In this document: positions 27,236 to 41,805 of the stretch, piece after piece
Position numbering within the stretch: position 1 is the stretch's first letter
Layout of the letters: the number at the start of each line of letters is the position of its first letter
The notes under the pieces: generated by a model
What the model was told of the DNA's origin: nothing
Seen by the model: only the letters and a program-made list of their open reading frames with translations
Database searches by the model: none
NCBI RefSeq assembly: GCF_009914755.1
Contig: NC_060930.1
Strand: one strand, 5' to 3'
Length of the DNA stretch: 64,000 nucleotides
Origin: the human T2T-CHM13v2.0 reference genome, Homo sapiens
Program-made: the position numbers and the translations under genes

Positions 27236-28879
27236 AATATTTCAAAATAAAAAAGTTCAAAACATGAAACAAGGAATAAGTGAAACACAACAAGCTCTAA
27301 AGTGACACCTCTCTAAGCTGAATCATATCATCCCATAATCTCTTCAGCCCTACTTTTAACTTGCATTTTCCTCATTTTCAAATTTTGGATTGTCCTTCTA
27401 ATACAGATTATGCTGTAAAATCAAGATGGATTAATCCATATGATTTTGACATATTGAGCTGCTGATATATAGATATGAAACAGTTACCATAATCTCCAGA
27501 AAGTAATGCTAACTGCAGTCAAGCAAGCAATAGTGTTATGATAATGTCATGTAACTCATTTGAAGCAGCAATGTAGCCAATGAGTAAAAAACGACAACTT
27601 TGATTTTCTGCAGATAAATTTAAAAAGATTTTATTCCTCTACCAAAAATGGATTGATAATCATTTTATATGTTTCATTCAACTGTAAGAAAAATGAATTG
27701 CAGCACAGTAAGGAAACAAAGGTAGAACATACTCAAAATTGCTAAGATAACACAAGAAGGAATAATGAAAAGGCCTTATGTTGTTGAATATATCTAGTTA
27801 CATGGGCCGGTCAATACATTGGGAGCCAGAAAGCTCAATAATATTATGTACCAAGAAAGAAAACTAGGTGGAAATATTTGAAAAGCAGCAATAATTACTG
27901 AAAAAGTCTATTCCTCCAATTAGTAAATATTCTATTAAACTTCATTAACACGTGGTAAGTACACTCACTTATTTCCCAAGAGACATTCAAAGTGCCCTAT
28001 TTAGTAACAATATCAAGGTCAAAATTCCACATTTCTGAGTGATGCATGGTAGTCTGTATGTCAGACTCTAATGTTTATTTTTATATGAAAATCTATAAAC
28101 TAAAGGACAAGTTTTAATTTATAAATTTATAACCTAAAAATCTAATACATCATGCTAAAATATAGTCAGAGTAACCATATATATTTTTTGTTTAGTAAGG
28201 AGAAGAATGAGAGAGCAACAAGTTACTGGTTCACAGCAATTTTGAAATCCAATTGCACACTTGAGGAATTAGGCCTTTGTTCTTTAGGAGGGTGTCTTAT
28301 CCATCGTTTTTCATGGCTTTCAGTTCTACTCTTTGAGAGGCTCCCTCTATTTTATTAACTTCCCTGGCTCAATCTGAAATAAGTATTGAAGAATATGTTC
28401 CCCTGGAAGGACAAGGAGCTTTCTTAGACTGCTTCCAGTAAATTAATCTCTTTTCCCTGAAATATTTGTCTAAATGAAAAGATTTACTGAGGGCATCATT
28501 AATTTATTCAAGGTTTAATAGTGGGCATGATAACTAACCTCTTTATTTGATCTTTGCCATATGATGATTCAAATAGGTTTTTGTTACTCAGTGGTCACTG
28601 CCATTGCATTTTTAGTGGGTGAGTATAAGTAGTAATTATTTTACAAAGCTAAAAAAGATACAGTTCTTTACTTTGTTTTCTCACTTTTCTGCTTGCAAAC
28701 TAGGTGATCTTTTCTTATGACGTTTTATTGTTCTTGTAGTACTTTGTCAATGCTTCCAATATTAACCAATACATGCTACTATCCCAGTATTTTCCCAACT
28801 CTTCTCCTATAGTGTAACATTATATGTGTGTAGTGTGTAATCATATATATCACTCGATGAATTATCTGCCTTGCAAGTC

Positions 28880-29450
28880 ATCACAGTCTACAGTTTTATC
28901 AAATGTTTTGCCGCTGCCTAAGATAATAATACTAATTGAATTTTCATCTTTCTGCCATTCAGTGTCAGTTGCTCTACCACCTCCAGCCTGACTTTTAGGG
29001 CAGTGCCACACATTTTAGGGTCTTTTTTTTAATTGTAGCACCTTATTTCTAGGCATCAATTTGTATATAGATCAGGATAGACTAAATTATATTGCAATAA
29101 AAAACAACCTGTAATATTCACGTTTTAAAAGAATATATATCATTTTCTTTTTTATGCTATGTATTTTCCAAATCACCAAGATCATCTTACTCAACATATT
29201 TCTATAAGTATCCAGACTAATGGACAATAATCATCTTCTATATTTCTCATTTTCGTGTCAGAGTAGAAATATTGCTTTGGAGGTCCTGTGCAAACAATTG
29301 AATGCTCCAGTTTGAAAGCTACACTAGAAACTCATTGATCAGAACTGGTTATATAGCCTTACTCAACTACCAGAGAGGTAGAAAGTACAAATCTACTAAA
29401 AGCCTAGAAATGGGAAGAAATGGAAATAATTGGCAAAAACTCAGCTTTCT
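28880..29450 (-). mobile_element. Old MLT1 LTR (about 29062-29450) with adjoining internal sequence
   Basis: Internal/LTR junction ggcatcaatt|tgtatatagatcaggatagac; tcattgatcagaactggtta. Confidence 0.6.
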
Positions 29451-30889
29451 AGAGTTTTAACAACATTAAATTATGCCATTTATCTACTCACTATTTTTCT
29501 CCCAGCCCAAAGCAAATTCGTTTTTTAGTGTAAGGTTTTTTTTGCTTTGTTTTGTTTTCAGATTACTTTTACAAATAAAGTTCTTTTATTAATTTAAGAA
29601 TTATTAAATTTCTAATTTAAATTCAATCTTCTAATTCCATGTAAGTTAACTATCATCTCCTTTTTCATTTCAATCCAAATCCAATGCAACTGAGTAACAA
29701 ATTTAAAAATTTTAATGGCAAATATGTCACTGTATATAGAGTAAGAGGTGAGGATTAATATTAAATTTGTAGAGTGTCATGTCAGGCCTTTGGAACACAA
29801 CGATAAAATATGGTTTGTAGATTGGATTTATCTCATATCTGGAGATCAAAACAAGTGTTTCATTACTGACATTCTAGAAACTACTTCATGAATAAAAACA
29901 ACAGCTACATTTTTTTCAACTAAGAGAAGCATTATGTCTTAACTAATATTATCACCTGATACACCTGTGAACGCTGTTTTAGATATAATCCTGGCTCTAC
30001 AAGATCTAGAGATATAGCATTATTGCAGATAACATCTAACCCCATCTGTTGAGGCCTAACATTATTTTTCTTGTTGCTACTATACACAGTATGATAAAAT
30101 CAAATATGTTTTCTAACATCATCATAATGTATTAAAGGCAATCTAAGTAATCAGAATAAGAAGAAGTAAGACAGAGTGAGTCACCAATATCCCAAACCAC
30201 TTCAAATTGACCGCAAAGATTATATTTTAATTTTACATTGAGTTTCTGGACAATTTTTTTTACTCAAAGAAGTTAGTAAAGAAATCATTCCTAAATAGAC
30301 ATAATAGTAAAATGTCTAAAAATTGGTAGAAGAAAACATGTGATATTTAGCACTTTTAAGAAATTTATTACCAAAGCATGTATGCATAATCTATGGTACT
30401 ATTTAAACAATTTTATTTTTTTCTTGGTGAGTTTCCAGTGCTGCTTTTAGGGAGCTGCCTTTTTGATTGAGAATGGAAGAGTATAGCATTATGTTTTATT
30501 CCACAATCAGTTGCTTTAACAAGAAGAGTTCACAGTAAAGCTTTCTTTTGTTCAATTAAGCTTATTGGAACAATCACGTAGGCATCTTAGACATTCCTAT
30601 TAAATACAGCATTTTGCCACAGAATAAATGTATACCAGTTATAATGCAGAAGGGAGGGAGGGGAAAATCCACATGTGGCGTTTAAAATATCAGACACTAT
30701 ATCCTTTAGAGTTGAAGAGACAATATTTTCTAGTAGAAATCAATTTCTTTTCAGGGAAGCGCTTCGGAAAATTCTGGATCTCATCTCATCTTTTAATAAA
30801 AATGGAGAAAATGGTAAAGCTTGAACTGAAAAAAACACAAGAGTTAAAAACCAAACATGAAATTGGGAGATGGGAAGAGTTTGTATAGC

Positions 30890-31060
30890 TGTTTACTAGC
30901 TGTTTGACCCAGGGAAATTTTTTCTATCTGAACCTCCGTTTCTTTCGCTATAAATTGAAGATAATAATACCCATGTCGAAAAATTTTATAAGGATTATTA
31001 CTTGAAACTACCTGGAAACACCCCGGGTAAAGTCCATAAAAAAATATGTACAAATGTTAT
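30890..31060 (+). mobile_element. MIR
   Basis: Core-like ctgaacctccgtttctttcgctataaattgaagataataatacc. Confidence 0.7.
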
Positions 31061-31484
31061 TCCACCTTCTTCCCCCAGACTTTCACCTATAGCTACAAAA
31101 TAATACGATGGATGATTCCCTATATTCTACCAATATTTTTTGACAATATGAAGTGTTGAGAATGGCCCAGAAACTGTTTGCATGATAAAATATTGTCTTA
31201 AGTAATCACTGCAATAGCCTTTCCAATTTCATTTAACAGAGTCTAAGAATATTCTGAACCATAAAGTATCATCATATATCTTGACTGGGATTATAATACA
31301 ATGCCAGAAAAAAATTACACACATGCTTAAAATTTGTTACAATTATGTATGTACATATATCATGTGTTCATTTACACATGTGCATAAAGTTATGTGCGTG
31401 TGTGGGTGTACATACATGCACACATGTACACACAGATTTGCAAAACTTAAGGTAATAGTACATTAAAATGCAAACTGGAATGAA

Positions 31485-31690
31485 GTGGCTGGGTTTGAAT
31501 GTCTGCCTTTTAATAGTTTCATTACTTCAGGGAAGTTATTTAAACTCTTCATCCTTTAGTGTATTTATTGGTAAAATGGGAAAAACTATAGTACCTATTT
31601 CACATGAGTGTTAGATTTAAGACTGGAGAAATTAATATGTTTTAAGTGCTTAAAACAGTGGGCAGCACACTGTAAGAATATGTAAAATTG
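31485..31690 (+). mobile_element. MIR
   Basis: ctgggtttgaat...gggaagttatttaaactc...gtaaaatggga...tagtaccta. Confidence 0.7.
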
Positions 31691-33085
31691 ATAAACATCC
31701 TTTACAAATTAGGTCATAATGTTAGGTAACTTGTTTATTAGCTTTTTTGCTAAATATGTCACAACATGAAAACATCACTAGTTTTTCCCACAACATTATT
31801 TTGATGGTAGAATAATATTTATTATACTGCAGTGTACCTAGCAATACCTTCTGGTTGGATGTATAGCCCATAAAATTTTTATTACTTAAATAATGTGATT
31901 TCTATAACTCACTTTTTGTATATATTTATTATAGATATAAAGAGATAAACTGCAAAACTTCTGGATCAAATGACATATACATTTTAAAATGTTGATATAC
32001 TTTGCCAAATTTCACTATCTAAAGACAGTATCAATTTGCGCTCTCAACACCTATATGAGAGTATATTTTTGTATAGAAGCTATGCACACTAGTATTAGAG
32101 TTTAAGTACTGAGCACGTTCTGGGCTGTGTTAATAAAATAATACCTTAAAATTTAAAAAATCATACCTACAAAACTATATAACTATTGGGAGAATAATTG
32201 CTGAAATTTTAGCAGTTGTTTTCCTGGGATAGTGTGATGAAAAGAAATGTCTAGTATTTTCTTTTCCTTTATTTTCCATTTTTAACATTGTGCCATTTTT
32301 TTAATAACATGACATAAAGTGCAGACTCAAGTTTTGTTTAATGTTGCAGGAATCAAGTAATACATGATGGTCGTATTTGATGATATTATCTGTGTCCTCA
32401 ATCCATGATTTTCTTGTAATTTTTATAATTAGTCCCTAAATACCTGAAGTGGCATCATCAAGAGAGTGGCATGCTTCAGATGTTCTCATTGTCATTTTTT
32501 ATGCATTTTAAAATTATGCTGGTTAATTTGATATTTGCTTTTTAGGTTTCTTTTATTTTGGATGTGTATTTTGTCCTTTGTTTCCTCATGAAATTTTTTT
32601 CAAAGCCTGATTTATTAATATTCCTTCAAATTAATTAAATTTACAAGCATCTTGCTGTTACTGAGGTAGGCTACATAAATTCTATTGGCTAAAAAATACT
32701 TCTCTAATTATTAATTAATACAGGCTGGCATGTCTTGTACTGAGTTGACTTCCTTTGTTGATCTCATTTTTCTTCAGCCAGTTCTGATGCCTTTGGTCTC
32801 TTTTCTGCTCCTATACCTGGTAATTTCTGAGTTATGTTCTGGTGAAAAGGGGTAAGGACTCCATAAAACACTTCTCACCTCAGCATATTTTCCTGGTATA
32901 TAGTAGACATTTAAAAAGTATTTGTAGGCCAATAAACAACATAAAACTTGAAAATATAAGATACATGTATTTAAGATGGATTATGAGAAAAGAGAAGACA
33001 CATAGGTTGACTTTTGATATTTATGTTTACTTTTTATTTTAACATATCAGTATTACTTTCCTTAGTTGCTATCTTGAAAAATTCC

Positions 33086-33556
33086 CTGCATCAGTAAGCT
33101 TTTGCTAGGTAACAAACAACTCCACATTTTATCGGCTTAGAACAACTAGTTATTTATGTTATATTTATTTAAGTTTGCTACCCTGGCTAATTTCTGCTGG
33201 ACTCTGCCGTGCATCTGGCAAGTCAGATATTGGCTGGAGGATCCACAAGTGCCTAGCTCACATATTGGGAAGTTGGCAGAATGTTGGTGCAGGTGATAGA
33301 AATAACTGAGCCATGTGTTTTCTTCATTCTACAGAGCAGGCTGGGCTACAAATAGCAGCAGATTTCCAAGGGAAAGGAGAAACTGCAGGGCTTTCTGAGG
33401 CCTATGCTGAGAACTCACACAGTGTCACTTCTTCCATACTCTATCAGGTAAATGATCCCCAGGTCAGCCCAGATTCAAGGAGCAGGGAAAGAGACCTTAC
33501 TTATTGATGAGAGATACTGCAAAGTATCATGACTATTTTGCAATCTACAAACTACC
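33086..33556 (-). mobile_element. MLT1-family solo LTR
   Basis: gcttttgctaggtaacaaacaactcc...tggctggaggatccacaag...cagcccagattcaagg. Confidence 0.7.
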
Positions 33557-34587
33557 ATGTTCCCCATTTAATCTTTTGTGCTTATCTATTTTTGTTTATG
33601 TGTTAAAAACCATTTGTGAAATCTTATCTTGTAGGAACAGGAATTTTGTCTTTTTCCTTACTTCCATCTTTATTCTTTCTTCATTAATTTAATCTATGAG
33701 TTTTAAATCTTTTAAAATTACCTGCTGACTTCCTTTTTATAGTAAAAATTTATTATATGACCTTTTTATAGCAATAATTATATCCATTTTTTAAGCTTAT
33801 AAGCAACAATCCATATTTCATTAGTAGTCGGTCATTTTATTTACTTACCGAAATATCAACATGATCTCCTAATAATCAGTAAAAATAAAATGGCTATAAA
33901 TTTCTTCTTTTAAAGGGCACCTCTCAGGTATCTGAAGCTTGAAGATAAAATCTTAAACTAATGAACTTTCTGAGACAGACCTAAGAAGGCTTCTCTCTTG
34001 TGTTTGAATATGAATGACGGATAACTAGGTATAATAGTTGATTATTTTAAGCAAAATTGTTCTAATGTTTCTTTGGAAGTAATTACTGGCAAAAAGAATT
34101 TCAATTCAAAAATAATTCCAAAGTAATTCCAAATTACTTTGAATATAATATTGTAATGATGATGAATATCACTATATATCTATGTGTCAACACAAATATC
34201 TTTTTATTGTTGCTACTGTGTATTTGCAGATTTATAGGATTATCTATTACGAGATGAAGTGCTTTTTCATATTATAAAATGTTTTAGTGTTTATTTCTGC
34301 TAATTCACATTTAACATTGATGCTTATATGTTTAACTGGTTTTGGGAATGAAAATATATCAATGACTTCATTCTCTGTTTCAGCCTTAGAATTTTCAGCC
34401 TTATGTGTAGCTTATAGATGACATACTTGCCCTGGTGGTTCTGTGACAATTCATACTAACAGACATTTTTTAACAAAAATCTTCTCTATATATTAATTTT
34501 CAAAGGTGTTCTAATTTTTTTGTTTCAATATTTCCTTCTCCCTGTCTTAAGTATACCAGTCTCACATTTCATTGATTCGTTTCTATT

Positions 34588-34614
34588 TCTCTCCCTCTCC
34601 CTTTCTTTCTTTGC

Positions 34615-34677
<63 letters not shown>

Positions 34678-34686
34678 TGTGTGTAT
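34588..34686. repeat. (CT)n(GT)n compound microsatellite
   Basis: Directly visible. Confidence 0.95.
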
Positions 34687-35665
34687 GTTTACATGAATTC
34701 CGGCTTGAGTACTTCACTGCGTGTATTCATTTAACTTAAAGTAATGTGTTTAAGACATCTCTCTATATAGACTCTCTGTTATTGATGTCTAGCCCAAACA
34801 TGAGGTAGTCTAATCAGTCCTCTACACATAACATGTATTTCTTTCTGTGTTAGGCACTTGTATGTGTTATCTGAACTATGATGTCATCAGGAATAGTATT
34901 TTTGAAAACAAAAAATACACCATGTTACAGTTTTCTTTTGCATTGCCATGTCATTGGACAACTCTATTATTCTCCCCTGGTTTAACTTTGGTGGAATGAA
35001 ATGTCAGCAGAAAAATATTTTGTTGGTTTTTATTTCCCAAAGTACACATTAAGTTTGTTTTTAAGAAACTGCAGCATGATATTGTTTCAATTCATCCATA
35101 AAACAAATGACTCTTAAACATTCCATAAGATAAAGTGAAAAGCAATATCTGTTGTTTTTTCTCCAGTATCATATGATATTTTACTACATAAGCAGAAGAA
35201 TTAAGTTTTATATTCACAATATGGTGAAAATCCTTCTGAAATAATTATCATTTATGGATTTAATTTCCTAGGGTAGATGGCTTATGTATCTCAATAAGTG
35301 TCCATGTGTCTGTCTGTGCTTAATGAAGAAAACTTGCAAGTGAAAGTTGTAACAAATGCTCATTAAGAATGAACACTGTAACTATAGAACCAGTTTGGCT
35401 TCAACCCTATTTGATGTGAGCAATCCACATACATAAGAGCTTAAAATATCAATGTTAGTATATGTGACTCTTCCACTTATGTGGCTCTAATGGCCAAAAG
35501 TTTGCTGCATTTATTATGACTGTTGTATTTGGGAAACAATTTTACCAGCTATCGCAGGTAAATAATTTAATTTCTGTACATTGGGCTATGTATATGCATG
35601 ATAATACTATTGGTTAAAATTTTAAGAAGCATCTTGACTAATGGAAAACTAACACATGGTTTTGA

Positions 35666-35922
35666 TTTTTTTAAATTTTACTTTAAGTTCTGGGATACAT
35701 ATGCAGAATGTGCAGGATTGTTACATATGTATACATTTGCCATGGTGGTTTGCTACACCTATCAATTCATCATCTAGGTTTTAAACCCTGCATGCATTAG
35801 TTATTTGTCCTAATGCTCCCCCTCCCCTTGCCCCCCAAGCCCCCGCAGGCCCTGGTGTGTGATGTTCCCCTCCTGTGTCCATGTGTTCTCATTGTTCAAC
35901 TCCCACTTATGAGTGAGAACAT
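35666..35922 (-). mobile_element. 5'-truncated L1PA (L1PA8-like) 3' end
   Basis: tactttaagttctgggatacat...cccacttatgagtgagaaca; TSD core atggttttga on both sides. Confidence 0.9.
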
Positions 35923-35939
35923 AATATATGGTTTTGAAT

Positions 35940-36130
35940 AGGCAGTAAGATCTGGTTGGATTTCCATCTCCACTATTTTTACCTTACATATATAAGGTAG
36001 ATTGTCTAAGTTTGAGTTTTCAGATCTGTGAAACAGGGTTAGTAAGATCGAATTTATAGGACTGTTGAGAAATGTAATGAATTTATATGTTTAAAATGCC
36101 TTGTTCTTAGACGCTACTAAATCATACTAG
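35940..36130 (+). mobile_element. MIR
   Basis: Degenerate core gagttttcagatctgtgaaacaggg...ataggactgttgaga. Confidence 0.5.
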
Positions 36131-36365
36131 TTTCCATTTTGTCTTCCCCTGTCATCAACTATTAAAATAATTGTGTAGAGTATTTGTTATTGCAACATAT
36201 TGGTGCAGTAATTTTTTTTCCATAATGTGCAAAGGTGAGGTCTATAGAACTTTTCTCAATTTTTCCCCTATAACCCAGTTTTATATATATATATATATAG
36301 GAATTTAAGCCGAAAATTTTGTCAAGGAGAAACCAGGTAAACTGTATAATACATTTGCATATAGC

Positions 36366-36677
<312 letters not shown>

Positions 36678-36962
36678 CTAGGCTTTGTGTTTAAAAAGTC
36701 TTTTTTTAAAACAGAAAAATGAACTAGGAACTAAATATTTCTTGAAAGTATTTCTTAAAGTAATTTTCATGTGCCAAATTTTATTATGAAATATTAACAT
36801 TGTGCTAGGCACTGATCTGGGTATTGCTTTGTAAACTGAAAAGTATACTCACGCCTAAAGGCATATGTGAGAGTTTTTTCTTCACTTGTAAATACATATA
36901 TGAGTTATATATAATATGAATACAAAAAAACAAAACATAATTCCCTTTTAACACATGTATAA

Positions 36963-36998
<36 letters not shown>

Positions 36999-37002
36999 CA
37001 CA
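36963..37002. repeat. (CA)n microsatellite
   Basis: Directly visible. Confidence 0.95.
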
Positions 37003-38723
37003 TATAAAGGGACATCCAGCATGGGTGTTTATTATATAGCAGATAACCTAGTTGAAGGACAATTTGGCTCTGTAGTCCTGTAATTTTTTTGTGTTTGGTT
37101 ACTTATGAAATGAGGCCTGATTTGCCACCTGAATGCCATCCATAGACATTTACTGGTATGTAAGATTTTTCTTGATGTTTCAGCTTCCTATTTCAGATTT
37201 CTCTCTAAAAATGTTCCTATGTATATGGTACCTCAAATGCTTTGTGCCATTAGCCTATCCTGAACTTTCCTGCATCTATAATTTTATTCATGTATACCTC
37301 TTTCTAGATTACCCTACATTATTTTATTTTTAATATGACCAACTCTGCCCCTTTTTGAGGCACAGCCCCAATTTTTTATGAAAGCGCTGAGCCCCTGAAT
37401 TAATATGAATGTAACTAACATCTTTTTGCATCAACTAGATACTTGGATCTTGCATTAAGCTCATTTAATCCTTAAAACAATTCTGTAGAACACAAATTTT
37501 CCTCATTTTATTGATTAAAAACTCTAAGTCTCAGAGATGTAAGAAAACTGACTTCAGTATAGAGTGACAAATACTGATTGCAATCAAATTTTATATGACC
37601 TTATTTTTTGTTCCTTCTCTTATTCTTCATTTATTTCCAGGAAATACCACCTAACTTAATGCCTGTATTGGGACTTAGTAATCTTTCATTCTGTTATCTA
37701 TAATGCCTATTTTATCATGCCACTAAAATGTAAATTATTTAAAGATAGCAATTGTATATTATTCATCCAATAGAAGGTAAAGAAAATACACTGAAAGAAT
37801 AAAGAAACCTAAAAATTATCACAAATTTTGAGATAGGCACAGGCAAAAAGAATAAAATAGGCAACATTCGTTTCAGATTTCTGCCGGCTCTATAAAATAA
37901 CCAATAATCAAGGATTGCTGACATAGAAGAAAAAAACAAAGGAATATTCTAAAAATAGAATCATACAATGTAGTTTGAAAATGTGTCGGCATCATTTCAA
38001 CAAATAAGTCTGTAAATACACCTCTAGATGCTAAATACATCAGAGAATAGCAACAGAAAATGATCAGCTGTCTACAAAGCTCAAAGTACAAAGCAGAGCA
38101 GAGAGAAGAAAAACTGTTTGATTCAACAAACATTAATGCAAGCTACACTGCTGCTGCTGTTGTTGTTTGATTTAGAGGAGTACAGAGAGCTGCAAGTGTT
38201 CCTTGTGTTTTTATTGCTTAATTTGTTATTGGTCCTAATCTTCTAAAAGATTTAAGGGTGATTCTCTGTTGCTATTTGCCTGGAGCAGATCTGTAACTTT
38301 TGGGAAGTGTTCTGTGAACAGATCTTATATCTTGTTTTTTTTTTCTCCTACTGCATTTGCTGAAATGTTTCTCCTGCTTCTCTGTTGGTTCTGACTTTAA
38401 TCTTCATGTGTGCGCAATTTAATTATTTTGATGATTTCCATTAAAAGCCTGAGAATCTTTTTAAGGACTGATTTGAAGAAAATAAGAGATTTAAGCCTAA
38501 TAAATTTACTCTTTGAAGTCAGAAACCACTACTCCTATTTTCAAGAATCTTTATTTCATGTTTTAGGTCTCAAAACACCTCACACATATAAGTTGGATAC
38601 ATAAAATACAATTCTGTTTCAAGCTTATTCACCAGTGGTTAACTAAACCTTGTTTGGTACCAGAAATCATTCCCCTTCTCACCCTTGGTATAACTTGAAT
38701 AGCCATACCTGGCTGTTGACTTG

Positions 38724-39330
38724 AGTACAAATTAGTTCAACCATTAGAGAAAGCAGTGTGGTGACTCCACAAAGAGCTAAATGCAGAATTACCATTTGAC
38801 TCAGCAATCCCATTACTGGGTATATACCCAAAGAATTATGAATATTCTACAATAAAGACACATGAACACAAATGTTCATTGTATCACTATTCGCAATAGC
38901 AAATATGTGGAATCAACCTAAATGCCCATCAGTGACAGACTGGAAAAAGAAAATGTTGTACATATACACCATGGAATATTATGCAGCCATAAAAAGGATG
39001 GAATCATGTCTTTTGTGGGAACATGGATGGAGCTGGAGGCTCTTATCCTTAGGAAACTAACACAGAAACAGAAAACCAAATACTGAGTGTTCTCATTTAT
39101 AAGTGGGAGTTAAATGATGAGAACTCATGAACATGAAGAAGGGAACAACAGATCCTGGGGTCTACTTGAGGGTGGAGGATAGAAGGAGGGAGAGAAACAA
39201 AGAAGATATTTACTGAGTACTGAGCTTAATATCTGGTTGATGAAATAATCTATAAAACAAACCCTCATGACACGAGTTTACCAATGTAACAAACCTTCAC
39301 AGGTACCCCTAGTTCAAAAATAAAAGTTCT
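38724..39330 (+). mobile_element. L1PA14/15-like 3' end
   Basis: ORF2 C-terminus (LFAIANMWNQPKCPS..YTMEYYAAIK) plus 3' UTR gaagggaacaacaga...ctacttgagggtgga. Confidence 0.88.
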
Positions 39331-39359
39331 TTTTTTAATGAGTTCAAATATAAATTATT

Positions 39360-40670
<1,311 letters not shown>

Positions 40671-41571
40671 TTATTCTGTTTTGTTTCCCAAAATGCCTGA
40701 TTAGAGGCATTTTCAGCATGCCATATGCACTGAGAAGAACCAAAATAGTGTATGGACAATCACACTTTGAACATATTATCTAAGAGGAAACATGGGAGTT
40801 CAACAGAATAGTGAGATGAAGCTCCACAATCTGGGAAGAAGATGGAGGATAAGCAGCCCACATGGCTAGGAGTGGCCAAAACTAGGAGCTAATCCCCAAC
40901 ATGGAAAAGAGTGAGTGAGTTTCTTCATATGGTTCATTTTTACATTGGGGAATCATGCAAGCCAAGCCATGGGAACCAAATTGGCTCTACCAAACCCTGA
41001 GTATAACTTGGGAAGTGGTGGGGAGACTGTGAGGAGGAACTGTTCCAGGAAATGTCTCACATATTCCCACAAACCTGGATCCCTATGGTAGGATGCCATT
41101 CTTGATCCTAACTCTTAGCAAGCTGTGCATGGTCATGGTCCTGGGAGCTTGCAGCTGCAGCAGTCTTCAACTTTAGAGAAGCTCAGGCTTGGACTTCAGA
41201 AACTGGAGCTTGATTGAGGGAGGAGCGTCCACAGTCAGAACTGAGAAATAAGTGTGGTAAGGGCTCCAGGTCCTGGCCCACCACGTGGGACATGAACAGG
41301 AGGAGAGTTGCCAGAGAGGCTTGGTATCAAGCTGGGCAGTGGCTCCTATAGCCTGAGTCTGTGTTGCAGACTAGAAGCAAAATGCAGTAAGTAACTGAAG
41401 AGCTACATGGGCTGACACAGTTAGGACAGGGGAGTGAGTTCTGCCAGGACTGAAGCATGAGAGGGAAGCAGATTCCACTACTGCTGGCCAACACTGTGGA
41501 CATGGAATGAACTCTCCTTCTCTGTGGTGAGACCTTGGCACAGCAGTAGTGAGCCCTCACCCAGGCTTTTT

Positions 41572-41805
41572 TTTTTTTTTTTTTTGAAATTTATTTATGT
41601 TTGAGATAGAGTGTCGCCCTGGCACCCAGACTGTAGTGCAGTGGTGTGATCTCAGCTCACTGGTTCAAGCAATTATCTTGCCTCAGCCTCCCAAATAGCT
41701 GGGATTACAGGTGCGCACCACCACGCCTGGCTAATTTTTGTATTTTTAGTAGATATGGGGTTTCACCATGTTGGCCAGGTCTTGATCTCCTGACCTCGTG
41801 ATCCA
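41572..41805 (-). mobile_element. 5'-truncated AluS with internal deletions
   Basis: TSD tcacccaggcttttt (41557-41571 and 41806-41820). Confidence 0.92.

Larger units (their letters stand above)
26521..27293 (+). mobile_element. Tigger4 (Zombi)-type DNA transposon split by an LTR and a microsatellite
   Basis: ta|cagattgaacatgcctc...ctgaaatgctccaaaatttgaaactttttgagc; resumes after 27182 with caatatttcaaaat. Confidence 0.75.
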
